Origin: an uncultured Pseudomonadales bacterium
GTDB lineage: Bacteria > Pseudomonadota > Gammaproteobacteria > Pseudomonadales > Azotimanducaceae
Direction: 5' to 3'
Assembly: GCA_951813295.1 (NCBI GenBank)
Contig: CATOTI010000002.1
Location: 2,674,522 to 2,738,521, forward strand
Length of the DNA stretch: 64,000 nt
Each line of letters begins with the position of its first letter. The first letter of the stretch is position 1. A program made the position numbers and the translations under genes. Under the pieces are notes generated by a model. It saw only the letters and a list, made by a program, of their open reading frames with translations. It had not been told where the DNA came from and did not search any database. Below, in pieces: positions 55,866 to 64,000 of the stretch.

Positions 55866-56806
55866 TGAGACAAGGTGTACTGGACCTCGACGGCGCGCTC
55901 GACGTGCTCGTTCGAAACGGAACGATCGAGACGACACGAATACCGAACGCAATCGCGACGGAACTCGAGGCCCTCGGTTGTGTACATGGTCGCGGTGAGA
56001 TTCGGCTCGCGCGGGCGACCGAACTCCTATCGAGCGAGCGCATCAGCGCTGGCTTCAACGCGCTCGTCCGCGACTGGCTCGAGGATCTCGAGATCCGGCC
56101 GACGATCGGCTCGACGAACGTCGAGTTGATGGCCGCGGCACAAGACGCATCGATCGACGGACGTGTGCTTTCCGCGGAGATCCAGACGGCGGGGCGTGGC
56201 CGGCGCGGACGGGGTTGGCTGAGTCCGTTCGCACGCAACCTCGCCATCTCGATCGGCATCTCGATCGACCGCCCCCTGGCTGAGCTCGGCGCCTTGAGTC
56301 TGGTGGTCGGCGTCGCGCTACATCGCGCGCTCGAGAGTTTTGGCCTCGATGGGGTCGCCGTGAAGTGGCCGAACGACGTGCTCGTCGGCAAACGCAAGCT
56401 CTGCGGGGTGCTGATCGAACTCGTTCGCGCCGCGCGGCCGGCGGAGGTCGTGATCGGGTTCGGCATCAACGTCGGCTGCCGTCGGGACGTCGAGGGGGAA
56501 ATCGACCAGGCGATCGCAGATGTACACGATCAGTTACCGGACGCGTCGCGCAACGCGCTCTTTGCACATGTGGTCAATCACGTGGTGGCGGATTGTCGGC
56601 GCTTCGCGCGCGAGGGGTTCGCGCCCTTTCGATCCACCTGGCTCGACGCACACGCGTTCATGGGCGAGCCGATTCAGATGGTGCTGCCGAATGACTCGGT
56701 ACGTGGAGTGATCCGCGATATCGGCAACGACGGTGCGCTCATCGTCGACACAGCGGACGGATTGCGCACGTTCACGGCGGGCGAGGTGTCGCTCCGCGCG
56801 GAGTGA
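55865..56806 (+). CDS. birA: biotin--[acetyl-CoA-carboxylase] ligase
   Basis: The GRGRRGRGW biotin-binding loop is present. STNVEL and KWPNDV motifs are also present. The N-terminal domain is about 20 aa shorter than the E. coli winged-HTH domain. Confidence 0.9.
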   Translation: MRQGVLDLDGALDVLVRNGTIETTRIPNAIATELEALGCVHGRGEIRLARATELLSSERISAGFNALVRDWLEDLEIRPTIGSTNVELMAAAQDASIDGRVLSAEIQTAGRGRRGRGWLSPFARNLAISIGISIDRPLAELGALSLVVGVALHRALESFGLDGVAVKWPNDVLVGKRKLCGVLIELVRAARPAEVVIGFGINVGCRRDVEGEIDQAIADVHDQLPDASRNALFAHVVNHVVADCRRFAREGFAPFRSTWLDAHAFMGEPIQMVLPNDSVRGVIRDIGNDGALIVDTADGLRTFTAGEVSLRAE

Positions 56807-56811
56807 AGGCG

Positions 56812-57507
56812 ATGACGTCGCTCGAAATCGACATCGGCAACTCCCGCACGAAATACCGGTGCGGCGACCGCCGCGGCCATATCGCAGCCCCGGCGCTACC
56901 GCTCGATCTCGGCATCCGACCGGAGCGAATCCGCATATCGGCGGTGAAGGGTGATCAGGCGCAGATTCGTGGATTGCTCGTCGATCATTTCGGCGTCGAG
57001 CCCGAATGGGCGCGCGTCGTGACGCCCTTCGGCGGTGTGACATGCGCCTATGAAGCGCCCGAGCGCCTGGGGGTCGATCGCTGGCTCGCCGTTCTAGCCG
57101 CTTGGCGACTGACACGCAGCGCGACGCTCATTTGTGATGCCGGGACCGCGATGACGCTCGATTACGTGGATAAGGACGGTGTGCATCGCGGTGGGTGGAT
57201 CGCCCCCGGCATTGCCACGATGCGCCGTGCACTTCGCACGGAGACCCGCGATGTTCGTCCCGATGATCGGATCGCGTCGGCGCTCGCGTTCGGCCGTAAC
57301 ACCGATTCCGCGGTGGCGGGCGGGACACTGGCGATGGCCGTCGGTGCGGTCTTGGCCGCGAGGCGGTTGATCGAACGAGAGACCCTCGAACGACCGCGCG
57401 TCCTCATTGCGGGGGGCGATGCGCCTGCGTTGATGCAGACCCTCGGCGATTCCGCCGAGCATCACCCGGATCTCGTCTTCGATGGCTTGAGGATTGCGCT
57501 GCCTTGA
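56812..57507 (+). CDS. coaX: type III pantothenate kinase
   Basis: MTSLEIDIGNSRTK (the DxGNT/S motif) is present, and birA-coaX synteny is conserved. An alternative GTG start at 56803 overlaps the birA stop. Confidence 0.9.
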   Translation: MTSLEIDIGNSRTKYRCGDRRGHIAAPALPLDLGIRPERIRISAVKGDQAQIRGLLVDHFGVEPEWARVVTPFGGVTCAYEAPERLGVDRWLAVLAAWRLTRSATLICDAGTAMTLDYVDKDGVHRGGWIAPGIATMRRALRTETRDVRPDDRIASALAFGRNTDSAVAGGTLAMAVGAVLAARRLIERETLERPRVLIAGGDAPALMQTLGDSAEHHPDLVFDGLRIALP

Positions 57508-58163
57508 CGATGTCGATGAAGAACTCGGCGAAGAGGACCGTGGACGACTGGGCTCGACAGCGTCGCCGCGTCTTCCTGCGCGCCACTCTCGTCGCCTGGT
57601 TCGCGAGCAGCGTGGCACTGATTTTTCTGGCGATCGTCCCGGCGTCGATGGGCGCGGAGTCGGCTCGAGCCGTGCTGGGGCGGCTGACGGATGCCCCGCG
57701 CGAGACGCTTGCCTGCCACGATCTCGGTCCGATCGTCTCCTCGAGCGAGCGCGATGGTCTCATCGAGCGGATTCGATCGGCGGGATTCGATTTCGAAGAA
57801 CGACGGTCGATGGATCTCGCGGGCAACGACTTCATCGTTCAGATCGCTTTGCCGGAGAGCATAGATCTGGCTCTTCTCAAACGTGAGGAGTGGGCCGCGC
57901 GCGAGGTGACCGGGTTTATCGGGAAAGACGGCGAGGCGAACGTGCTGGTCGTCGGAGCGTTCACGGATGAGTCGTCTGCCTCGACCGTCCTCGACACACT
58001 CGGCGACGATGTCGAAAACGTCAGCATTCGGACCGAAGAGCGGCGGCTCGGCGGTGTTTCATCCATCCGGGTCTGGAATGCGACGCTCTCCCGTTTTCGC
58101 GGCCTCACGACCCTGCCTATCGCACCGTGTGCGCCCGTTGCTGCGCCGATGTGGTTTCTCTAG
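57504..58163 (+). CDS. hypothetical membrane-anchored protein (weak SPOR-like features)
   Basis: One TM segment (ATLVAWFASSVALIFLAIV) is present. The C-terminal VLVVGAFTDESSASTVLDTL resembles a SPOR core. The start is uncertain. Confidence 0.45.
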   Translation: MTMSMKNSAKRTVDDWARQRRRVFLRATLVAWFASSVALIFLAIVPASMGAESARAVLGRLTDAPRETLACHDLGPIVSSSERDGLIERIRSAGFDFEERRSMDLAGNDFIVQIALPESIDLALLKREEWAAREVTGFIGKDGEANVLVVGAFTDESSASTVLDTLGDDVENVSIRTEERRLGGVSSIRVWNATLSRFRGLTTLPIAPCAPVAAPMWFL

Positions 58164-58178
58164 TATCCGCGACCCCTC

Positions 58179-58254
58179 GCCGCCGTAGCTCAGTTGGTAG
58201 AGCAGCTCACTTGTAATGAGAAGGTCCAGGGTTCGACTCCTTGTGGCGGCACCA
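58179..58254 (+). tRNA. tRNA-Thr (UGU)
   Basis: The cloverleaf reads acceptor GCCGCCG/TGGCGGC, anticodon loop CTTGTAA and T-loop TTCGACT, with an encoded CCA. Confidence 0.93.
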
Positions 58255-58335
58255 GGTAGGTTGGGTGCCCGTCGAGTGTGATCAGGCGAGTGCGATAAGA
58301 GTAGAAACGGTGGATCGCGGGAGGCGCTACGCGCG

Positions 58336-58364
58336 TTGACACTCCCCTTGGGCATCGGCAGAAT
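58336..58364 (+). promoter_or_regulatory. candidate sigma-70 promoter inside the tRNA cluster
   Basis: TTGACA (58336-58341), a 17-nt spacer and CAGAAT (58359-58364) lie about 30 nt upstream of tRNA-Tyr. Confidence 0.4.
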
Positions 58365-58392
58365 TCCGCGTCCTTTTTATGTGCGCTAGTTC

Positions 58393-58477
<85 letters not shown>

Positions 58478-58535
58478 GCAGGTGGCTTCCCGGCATCGCG
58501 ACAAACGCGGTCGGATTGACTGAGTTCCGTGTAGC

Positions 58536-58609
58536 GCGGGTATGGTTCAGTGGTAGAACCTCAGCCTTCCAAGCTGATGGCGCGGGTTCGATTCCCGCTA
58601 CCCGCTCCA
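58536..58609 (+). tRNA. tRNA-Gly (UCC)
   Basis: The 74-nt tRNA has acceptor GCGGGTA/TACCCGC, anticodon loop CTTCCAA and an encoded CCA. Confidence 0.93.
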
Positions 58610-58684
58610 GAACGACTGATGACCGAAGGGCGATCGAGATTTGGTTCCGTCAATAGACAAAATCGAGGTGGCCGGGCCGATTTC

Positions 58685-58760
<76 letters not shown>

Positions 58761-58870
58761 GTATCCGAAGTGTCATGTGGAGCCGATCCACGCGTGGCGC
58801 AGCTTTTCGAGACACGAGTCGAGCGCGCGGGAAAACGTAACCGTCAGCAGATAGTCAAAGGTTAAGGACG

Positions 58871-60067
58871 ATGGCGAAAGAGAAATTTGAGCGGACGAAG
58901 CCGCACGTGAATGTGGGGACGATTGGTCACGTAGACCACGGCAAGACGACGCTGACGGCGGCGTTGACGAAGGTGAGTGCGGCGTCGGTTGGCGGCGAAG
59001 TGAAAGCGTTTGATCAGATTGACAATGCGCCGGAAGAACGAGAGCGGGGCATCACGATTGCGACATCGCACGTTGAGTACGAGTCGGAGTCGCGGCACTA
59101 CGCGCACGTTGACTGCCCGGGTCACGCGGACTACGTGAAGAACATGATCACGGGTGCGGCGCAGATGGACGGCGCGATTCTGGTGGTATCGGCGGTTGAC
59201 GGACCGATGCCGCAAACGCGCGAGCACGTACTGTTGGCGCGTCAGGTGGGCGTGCCGAAGATTGTGGTTTACATGAACAAGGTAGACCAGCTGGAAGAGG
59301 ACGAGCGGGAAGAGTTCGTTGAGCTGGTGACGTTGGACATCCAGGAGATTCTCGAGCAGTACGAGTTTCCGGAAGACACGCCGATCGTGGTTGGCAGTGC
59401 GCTGCAGGCGCTGGAAGGCGATCAGTCGGAGATTGGCGAGCCGAGCATCGTCGAGCTGGTGAAGACGCTGGACGAGTACATCCCGGAGCCGGAACGTCCG
59501 GTGGATCAGCCGTTTTTGATGCCGATTGAGGACGTTTTCTCGATATCGGGACGGGGCACGGTGGTGACGGGCCGGGTGGACCGGGGCATCGTCAACGTGG
59601 GTGACGAGATCGAGATTGTTGGCATCCGGGAAACGACGACGACGACGTGCACGGGTGTGGAGATGTTCAGGAAGCTGCTGGACGAAGGTCGAGCGGGGGA
59701 GAACATAGGCGTTCTGTTGCGCGGTACGAAGCGTGAGGACGTTGAGCGCGGTCAGGTGTTGGCGGTGCCTGGGAGCATCACGCCGCACACGCAGTTCGAG
59801 GCGGAAGTTTATGTTCTGTCGAAGGACGAGGGTGGCCGGCACACGCCGTTCTTCAAGGGTTACCGCCCGCAGTTTTATTTCCGCACGACGGACGTGACGG
59901 GCACGGTTGAGTTGCCGCAGGACGTTGAGATGGTGATGCCGGGCGACAACGTGAACATGGACGTGACGTTGATCAGTCCGATTGCGATGGACGAGGGTCT
60001 TCGGTTTGCGATCCGCGAGGGTGGCCGAACGGTCGGCGCCGGGGTGGTGACGAAGATCATCGAGTAG
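58871..60067 (+). CDS. tuf: translation elongation factor Tu
   Basis: [36 protein letters not shown] and NKVD motifs are present. It follows the Thr-Tyr-Gly-Thr tRNA cluster, as tufB does in E. coli. Confidence 0.97.
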   Translation: MAKEKFERTKPHVNVGTIGHVDHGKTTLTAALTKVSAASVGGEVKAFDQIDNAPEERERGITIATSHVEYESESRHYAHVDCPGHADYVKNMITGAAQMDGAILVVSAVDGPMPQTREHVLLARQVGVPKIVVYMNKVDQLEEDEREEFVELVTLDIQEILEQYEFPEDTPIVVGSALQALEGDQSEIGEPSIVELVKTLDEYIPEPERPVDQPFLMPIEDVFSISGRGTVVTGRVDRGIVNVGDEIEIVGIRETTTTTCTGVEMFRKLLDEGRAGENIGVLLRGTKREDVERGQVLAVPGSITPHTQFEAEVYVLSKDEGGRHTPFFKGYRPQFYFRTTDVTGTVELPQDVEMVMPGDNVNMDVTLISPIAMDEGLRFAIREGGRTVGAGVVTKIIE

Positions 60068-60287
60068 GCGAACTCGCGACGCGAGTTCGTTGGCAGTATT
60101 TGCTGGCGCAAATACTGCAGGGGCGTAGGCGAACCGGCTTTGCCGGTTCGTTGGCAGAAACTGCTGACGCAGTTTCTGCTGGTTGTAGGGAGGTTCTGGG
60201 AAGATTTCTTTCCAGACAAACGGAGAAGTCGTAGGCAGTTTTTGCGCCTGAGCAAAAACTGCACACGAACCGGCAAAGCCGGTTCGC
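60064..60287 (+). repeat. four-unit array of GTAGG-initiated REP-like elements (~46-60 nt each, one or two hairpins per unit)
   Basis: Units start at 60064, 60125, 60185 and 60231. Hairpins include GAACTCGCG/CGCGAGTTC, GCAGTATTTGC/GCAAATACTGC, GAACCGGC/GCCGGTTC (twice), GCAGAAACTGC/GCAGTTTCTGC and GCAGTTTTTGC/GCAAAAACTGC. Confidence 0.85.
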
Positions 60288-60363
60288 AGGCCAGTAGCTC
60301 AATTGGTAGAGCAGCGGTCTCCAAAACCGCAGGTTGGGGGTTCGATTCCCTCCTGGCCTGCCA
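60288..60363 (+). tRNA. tRNA-Trp (CCA)
   Basis: The tRNA has acceptor AGGCCAG/CTGGCCT, anticodon loop CTCCAAA and T-loop TTCGATT, with an encoded CCA. Confidence 0.93.
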
Positions 60364-60385
60364 TCTGACACAGCGGGAATGAGCA

Positions 60386-60766
60386 TTGGCGAAAACAGCA
60401 AGCGCAAAGCCTGATGCGACGAACCCCGTCCTCGAATGGACGAAATGGGGTTTGGTCGCCGTGTTGGTGGTATCAGCGATTATCGGGAACTGGTATTACC
60501 AGGACCAGTCGCTCCTGTATCGTGCCTTGGCGGTTGTCGCCGTCGCGGCCGTGGCAGTCTTCGTCGCGTTGCAGACGGATCGTGGTAAATCGTTTGCGGA
60601 ACTTTTGAAGGAAGCGCGACTCGAAATTCGACGCGTCGTGTGGCCGTCTCGCGATGAAACGACGCAGACCACGCTGATCGTTCTTGTCCTCATCATCATC
60701 TTTTCGCTGATTTTGTGGGGGCTGGATTCGTTTTTGAGCTGGGTCGTTCAGGGAGTCATCGGCTGA
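60386..60766 (+). CDS. secE: preprotein translocase subunit SecE
   Basis: The 126-aa protein has three TM segments and the C-terminal motif [13 protein letters not shown]. The tRNA-Trp-secE-nusG synteny is conserved. Confidence 0.9.
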   Translation: MAKTASAKPDATNPVLEWTKWGLVAVLVVSAIIGNWYYQDQSLLYRALAVVAVAAVAVFVALQTDRGKSFAELLKEARLEIRRVVWPSRDETTQTTLIVLVLIIIFSLILWGLDSFLSWVVQGVIG

Positions 60767-60768
60767 CC

Positions 60769-61302
60769 ATGGCTAAACACTGGTACGTCGTGCACGCCTA
60801 TTCGGGCTTCGAAAAAGCGGTCGTTCGCTCGCTGAATGAACGGATCGGGCTTTCGACGTTGCAAGATTTCTTCGGCGACGTGCTGGTGCCGACCGAGGAA
60901 GTGGTCGAAATGCGTGGCGGGCAGAAGCGCCGCAGCGAAAGGAAGTTCTTTCCCGGCTATGTGTTGGTCAACATGGAACTCAACGACGACACCTGGCACT
61001 TGGTCAAAGACACGCCGAAGGTGATGGGTTTCATCGGTGGTAAGGCGGATGCGCCGGCCCCGCTGACCGAGGCGGAGGCGCGCGCGATTCTCGATCGCAT
61101 CGAAGAGGGCAGCGAAAAGGTCACGCCGAAGACCGTTTTCGAGCCGGGCGAACTCGTTCGTGTCATCGACGGGCCGTTCAATGATTTCAACGGCGTCGTC
61201 GAGGAAGTGAACTACGAAAAGAGCCGCCTGACGGTGGCGGTGACGATTTTTGGGCGTTCGACGCCCGTCGACCTCGACTTTTCGCAAGTCGAGAAAGGAT
61301 AA
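60769..61302 (+). CDS. nusG: transcription termination/antitermination factor NusG
   Basis: [18 protein letters not shown] and a KOW motif ([18 protein letters not shown]) are present. Confidence 0.95.
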   Translation: MAKHWYVVHAYSGFEKAVVRSLNERIGLSTLQDFFGDVLVPTEEVVEMRGGQKRRSERKFFPGYVLVNMELNDDTWHLVKDTPKVMGFIGGKADAPAPLTEAEARAILDRIEEGSEKVTPKTVFEPGELVRVIDGPFNDFNGVVEEVNYEKSRLTVAVTIFGRSTPVDLDFSQVEKG

Positions 61303-61401
61303 CGGCGCTCATCGAGTCGTCGACGACGACCGGGGCAGCGCCCTAATCGGGAGTGTGTTCGTCGCGTAAGCGGTCGACGCACGTTGGAACCGGAGGAACA
61401 T

Positions 61402-61833
61402 TTGGCTAAGAAAGTCGAGGCTTACATCAAGCTTCAGGTACCGGCGGGACAGGCGAACCCTAGTCCTCCGGTTGGTCCCGCGCTCGGACAGCACGGCGTC
61501 AACATCATGGACTTCTGCAAAGCGTTCAATGCGCAAACGCAGGGCGACGAACCGGGTTTGCCGATCCCGGTCGTGATTACGGTCTATTCGGACCGGTCGT
61601 TCACGTTCATCACGAAGACGCCGCCGGCATCGGTTCTCTTGCGCAAAGCCGCGAACATCGCCAAGGGCAGCGGCACCCCGAACACGAACAAGGTCGCGAA
61701 GGTCAATCGCGAGCAGCTCGAGGAAATCGCCAAGATCAAGATGCCGGACCTCACCGCCGCTGACATGGATGCGGCAGTTCGGACGATCGCGGGCAGTGCG
61801 CGCAGCGCTGGAATCGAAGTGGAGGGCGTCTAG
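61402..61833 (+). CDS. rplK: 50S ribosomal protein L11
   Basis: The TTG start is preceded by [49 protein letters not shown] matches L11. Confidence 0.95.
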   Translation: MAKKVEAYIKLQVPAGQANPSPPVGPALGQHGVNIMDFCKAFNAQTQGDEPGLPIPVVITVYSDRSFTFITKTPPASVLLRKAANIAKGSGTPNTNKVAKVNREQLEEIAKIKMPDLTAADMDAAVRTIAGSARSAGIEVEGV

Positions 61834-62529
61834 ATGGCCAAGAAGACACGCCGTATGCGCGCGATCGAAGAAAAACTCGATCGTGAACGCTCCTATCCGA
61901 TCGAAGAAGCGGTCACCGTCTTGAACGAGATCTCGCGCACCAAGTTCGACGAATCGTTCGACGTGGCCGTCAATCTCGGGGTCGACCCGCGCAAGTCCGA
62001 CCAGGCAGTGCGGGGCGCAACGACGCTGCCGCACGGATCCGGTAAATCGGTGCGAGTGGCCGTATTTGCTCAAGGAGATCAGGCCGACAAAGCGACCGCG
62101 GCCGGCGCCGATGTCGTCGGCATGGAAGATCTCGCCGATCAGGTCAAAGCGGGCGAGCTCAACTTCGACGTCGTCATCGCGACACCCGATTCGATGCGCG
62201 TCGTCGGCCAGTTGGGCCGTGTGCTCGGACCCCGTGGTCTCATGCCGAACCCGAAGACGGGCACCGTGACGCAGGACGTCGAAGGCGCCGTCCAGAACGC
62301 CAAGGCGGGTCAGGTCCAGTTTCGCGCCGATCGTACGGGCATCGTGCACGGCAGCCTAGGCAAAGTTGGCTTTGGCCCCGTCCAGATCAAAGAGAATCTC
62401 GAAGCACTGATCGGCGACCTGAAGAAGGCGAAGCCCGCCTCCGCCAAGGGCGTCTATCTCAAGAAGATCACCTTATCCACGACCATGGGGCCGGGGGTAT
62501 CCATCGACGAAGCGTCGTTGGAGGTGTAG
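61834..62529 (+). CDS. rplA: 50S ribosomal protein L1
   Basis: [24 protein letters not shown] and [16 protein letters not shown] motifs are present. Confidence 0.95.
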   Translation: MAKKTRRMRAIEEKLDRERSYPIEEAVTVLNEISRTKFDESFDVAVNLGVDPRKSDQAVRGATTLPHGSGKSVRVAVFAQGDQADKATAAGADVVGMEDLADQVKAGELNFDVVIATPDSMRVVGQLGRVLGPRGLMPNPKTGTVTQDVEGAVQNAKAGQVQFRADRTGIVHGSLGKVGFGPVQIKENLEALIGDLKKAKPASAKGVYLKKITLSTTMGPGVSIDEASLEV

Positions 62530-62894
62530 CGCGAGCGAATCCAATCACCGACCCGGGCCTTTGGCTTGGGTCGTGAGTGGCACCGTTCGCATTGTCAGAG
62601 ACCGTAGGTGACCAGTGGCAGCTGGTCTTAATCGAACGCAGTGCATCAAGGAGGGATCGCGAAATCTTACTTTCGCAACATCATCCGAGGTCACCCGGCA
62701 GTTTTTGCGCAGCAAAAATCTGCCAATGCGTCGCGAAGCGACGCGCGCCTACGCAGACGGAGCGTCCTCGCTGGACAACCCGTCAGAACGTATCGCTCAA
62801 GCGATACCGGGGGTAACCCCACCGAAGTGTCGCCGTTGGCGGCACACGGGTAAGTAGCACGCTACTTACGTTCCAGTTACAAATGAGAGTCGAA
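62530..62894 (+). promoter_or_regulatory. long structured rplA-rplJ spacer: probable L10 (rplJ) autoregulatory leader, possibly with REP insertion
   Basis: The 365-nt spacer is packed with hairpins: GACCAG/CTGGTC, GCGAAA/TTTCGC, GGCAGTTTTTGC/GCAAAAATCTGCC, GCGTCGC/GCGACGC, CGTATCGC/GCGATACG, GTGTCGCC/GGCGGCACAC and GTAAGTAGC/GCTACTTAC. E. coli has a comparably long L10 leader. Confidence 0.4.
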
Positions 62895-63422
62895 ATGGCA
62901 CTAAGGCTTGAAGACAAAAAAGCAATTGTTGCCGAAGTCAACGAAGCAGCCGGATCCGCGTTGTCGGCGGTATTAGCCGACTACCGGGGTGCAACGGTCA
63001 GTGAGATGACCGATTTACGTCGTAAAGCACGTGAATCGGGCGTTTATCTCAAGGTCGTTCGCAACACCCTGTTGAGACGCGCGGTCGAGGGCACCGAATT
63101 CGAGTGCCTTCGCGAAGTTGCCGTTGGACCGACGATGCTGGCGTTCTCGACCGAAGATCCGGGCTCGGCCGCGCGTCTCCTGAAGGAGTCCGCGAAAGAT
63201 CTCGAAGCGATCGACGTTCGAGCGTTGTCCATCGGTGGTCAGCTGTTACCCGCCGACGCGATCGATCGCGTCGCATCCTTGCCGACGAAGGACGAAGCCA
63301 TCGCCATGCTCATGAGCGTGATGATCGCCCCGGTCGGTAAGTTGGCCCGTACGTTGAACGAGGTGCCCGGCAAACTCGTTCGAACGTTGGCCGCGGTGCG
63401 GGAGCAGAAGGAATCGGCGTAA
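62895..63422 (+). CDS. rplJ: 50S ribosomal protein L10
   Basis: [19 protein letters not shown]...[19 protein letters not shown] matches L10. Confidence 0.95.
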   Translation: MALRLEDKKAIVAEVNEAAGSALSAVLADYRGATVSEMTDLRRKARESGVYLKVVRNTLLRRAVEGTEFECLREVAVGPTMLAFSTEDPGSAARLLKESAKDLEAIDVRALSIGGQLLPADAIDRVASLPTKDEAIAMLMSVMIAPVGKLARTLNEVPGKLVRTLAAVREQKESA

Positions 63423-63513
63423 CAATTTCGGTCATTGAGAGGGCGGTCCGGCCAGCGCACGTGCCACGTGCCGACGCCACGACCCCAGACAAGTCAAATT
63501 GGAGAAATGCGTA

Positions 63514-63900
63514 ATGGCATTGGGTACTGAAGAAATCCTGGACGCAATCGCGGAAATGAGCGTGATGGAAGTCGTCGAACTCGTTCAGGCGATGGAAGAG
63601 AAATTCGGTGTGACTGCAGCGGCTGCGGTAGCGGCGGCACCTGCAGCTGCGGCGGGCGGTGATGCCGGCGATGCGGCCGCGGAAGAGCAAACCGAATTCA
63701 CCGTGACGCTCACGGGCGCTGGCGAGAAGAAGGTCAACGTGATCAAGGCGGTTCGCGCCATTACCGGTCTCGGCCTCAAAGAAGCCAAGGCACTGGTCGA
63801 CGAAGCACCTTCACCCGTCAAGGAGGCTGTGAGCAAAGACGAATCCGAAGAAATCAAAAAACAACTGGAAGAAGCCGGCGCATCTGTCGAGGTCAAGTAG
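63514..63900 (+). CDS. rplL: 50S ribosomal protein L7/L12
   Basis: ATG 63514 is preceded by GGAGAA. It has an Ala-rich hinge and the C-terminal motif [24 protein letters not shown]. Confidence 0.95.
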   Translation: MALGTEEILDAIAEMSVMEVVELVQAMEEKFGVTAAAAVAAAPAAAAGGDAGDAAAEEQTEFTVTLTGAGEKKVNVIKAVRAITGLGLKEAKALVDEAPSPVKEAVSKDESEEIKKQLEEAGASVEVK

Positions 63901-63935
63901 ACCTGCTTGCGCCACACATGTGCTTTGAGCAAATC

Positions 63936-63963
63936 CCCCATCGTCTGGACGGACGATGGCGGG
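63936..63963 (+). other. hairpin downstream of rplL (possible rplL-rpoB attenuator or processing site)
   Basis: The CCATCGTC-TGGACG-GACGATGG perfect 8-bp stem is flanked by C/G runs. No U-tract follows. Confidence 0.3.
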
Positions 63964-64000
63964 CGTCGCTTAGGCACCGCGGATGATCTAGCCGACGTGC

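Noticed and set aside
58862-59842. A 326-aa ORF lies exactly antisense and codon-aligned to tuf.
   Set aside because: It is open only because tuf avoids TTA, CTA and TCA. The product is an R/L/H/N-rich nonsense-like sequence with no start context.
60064-60287. The GTAGG hairpin units after tuf might be a CRISPR-like or tRNA-derived array.
   Set aside because: The units differ in sequence and there is no constant-repeat/variable-spacer organisation. No cloverleaf can be drawn. The array fits REP/BIME-type elements.

Overview
This 64-kb window is a high-GC chromosomal segment that looks gammaproteobacterial. It is almost entirely core housekeeping genes. The gene order follows blocks I know from Pseudomonas-type genomes:
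- yggX-mutY / hisB-hisA / yibQ-ctpA-envC-gpmI / rhodanese-secB / trmL / ntrC-ntrB
- dtd / tatCBA-ubiB-ubiJ-ubiE / DUF971-hslUV / SPOR protein-priA / rpmE
- PBP1A / pilMNOQ-aroK-aroB-SPOR/AAA protein, then gltBD
- birA-coaX-tRNA(Thr,Tyr,Gly,Thr)-tuf-tRNA(Trp)-secE-nusG-rplKAJL

Clearly accessory or variable content is confined to roughly the first 13.7 kb:
- a decayed tRNA-Phe island with an integrase remnant and a tannase/feruloyl esterase
- a histidine phosphatase plus an amidohydrolase pair
- a MOSC / small protein / methyltransferase operon whose MOSC gene is broken by an 8-bp tandem duplication
- an ECF sigma/anti-sigma pair
- several unexplained intergenic repeats

I found no CRISPR array, rRNA, intact mobile element, toxin-antitoxin pair or recognisable defence or secretion-effector system. 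I cannot point to a clear-cut, self-contained novel multi-gene system. The most unusual signals are:
- a PP-loop ATPase / TusA / exported-protein cluster sitting where glnA normally precedes ntrBC
- four 23-bp head-to-tail palindrome-containing repeats in a divergent promoter
- a duplicated ~165-nt intergenic element
- a 73-nt element present twice with three-way pairing potential
- an active/dead amidohydrolase pair
- a pilP-less pilMNOQ cluster
- a GTAGG-initiated REP family forming a four-unit array after tuf

Many long ORFs in the supplied track are antisense or out-of-frame artefacts of the high GC content. All homology statements come from motif recognition by eye. No searches were run.
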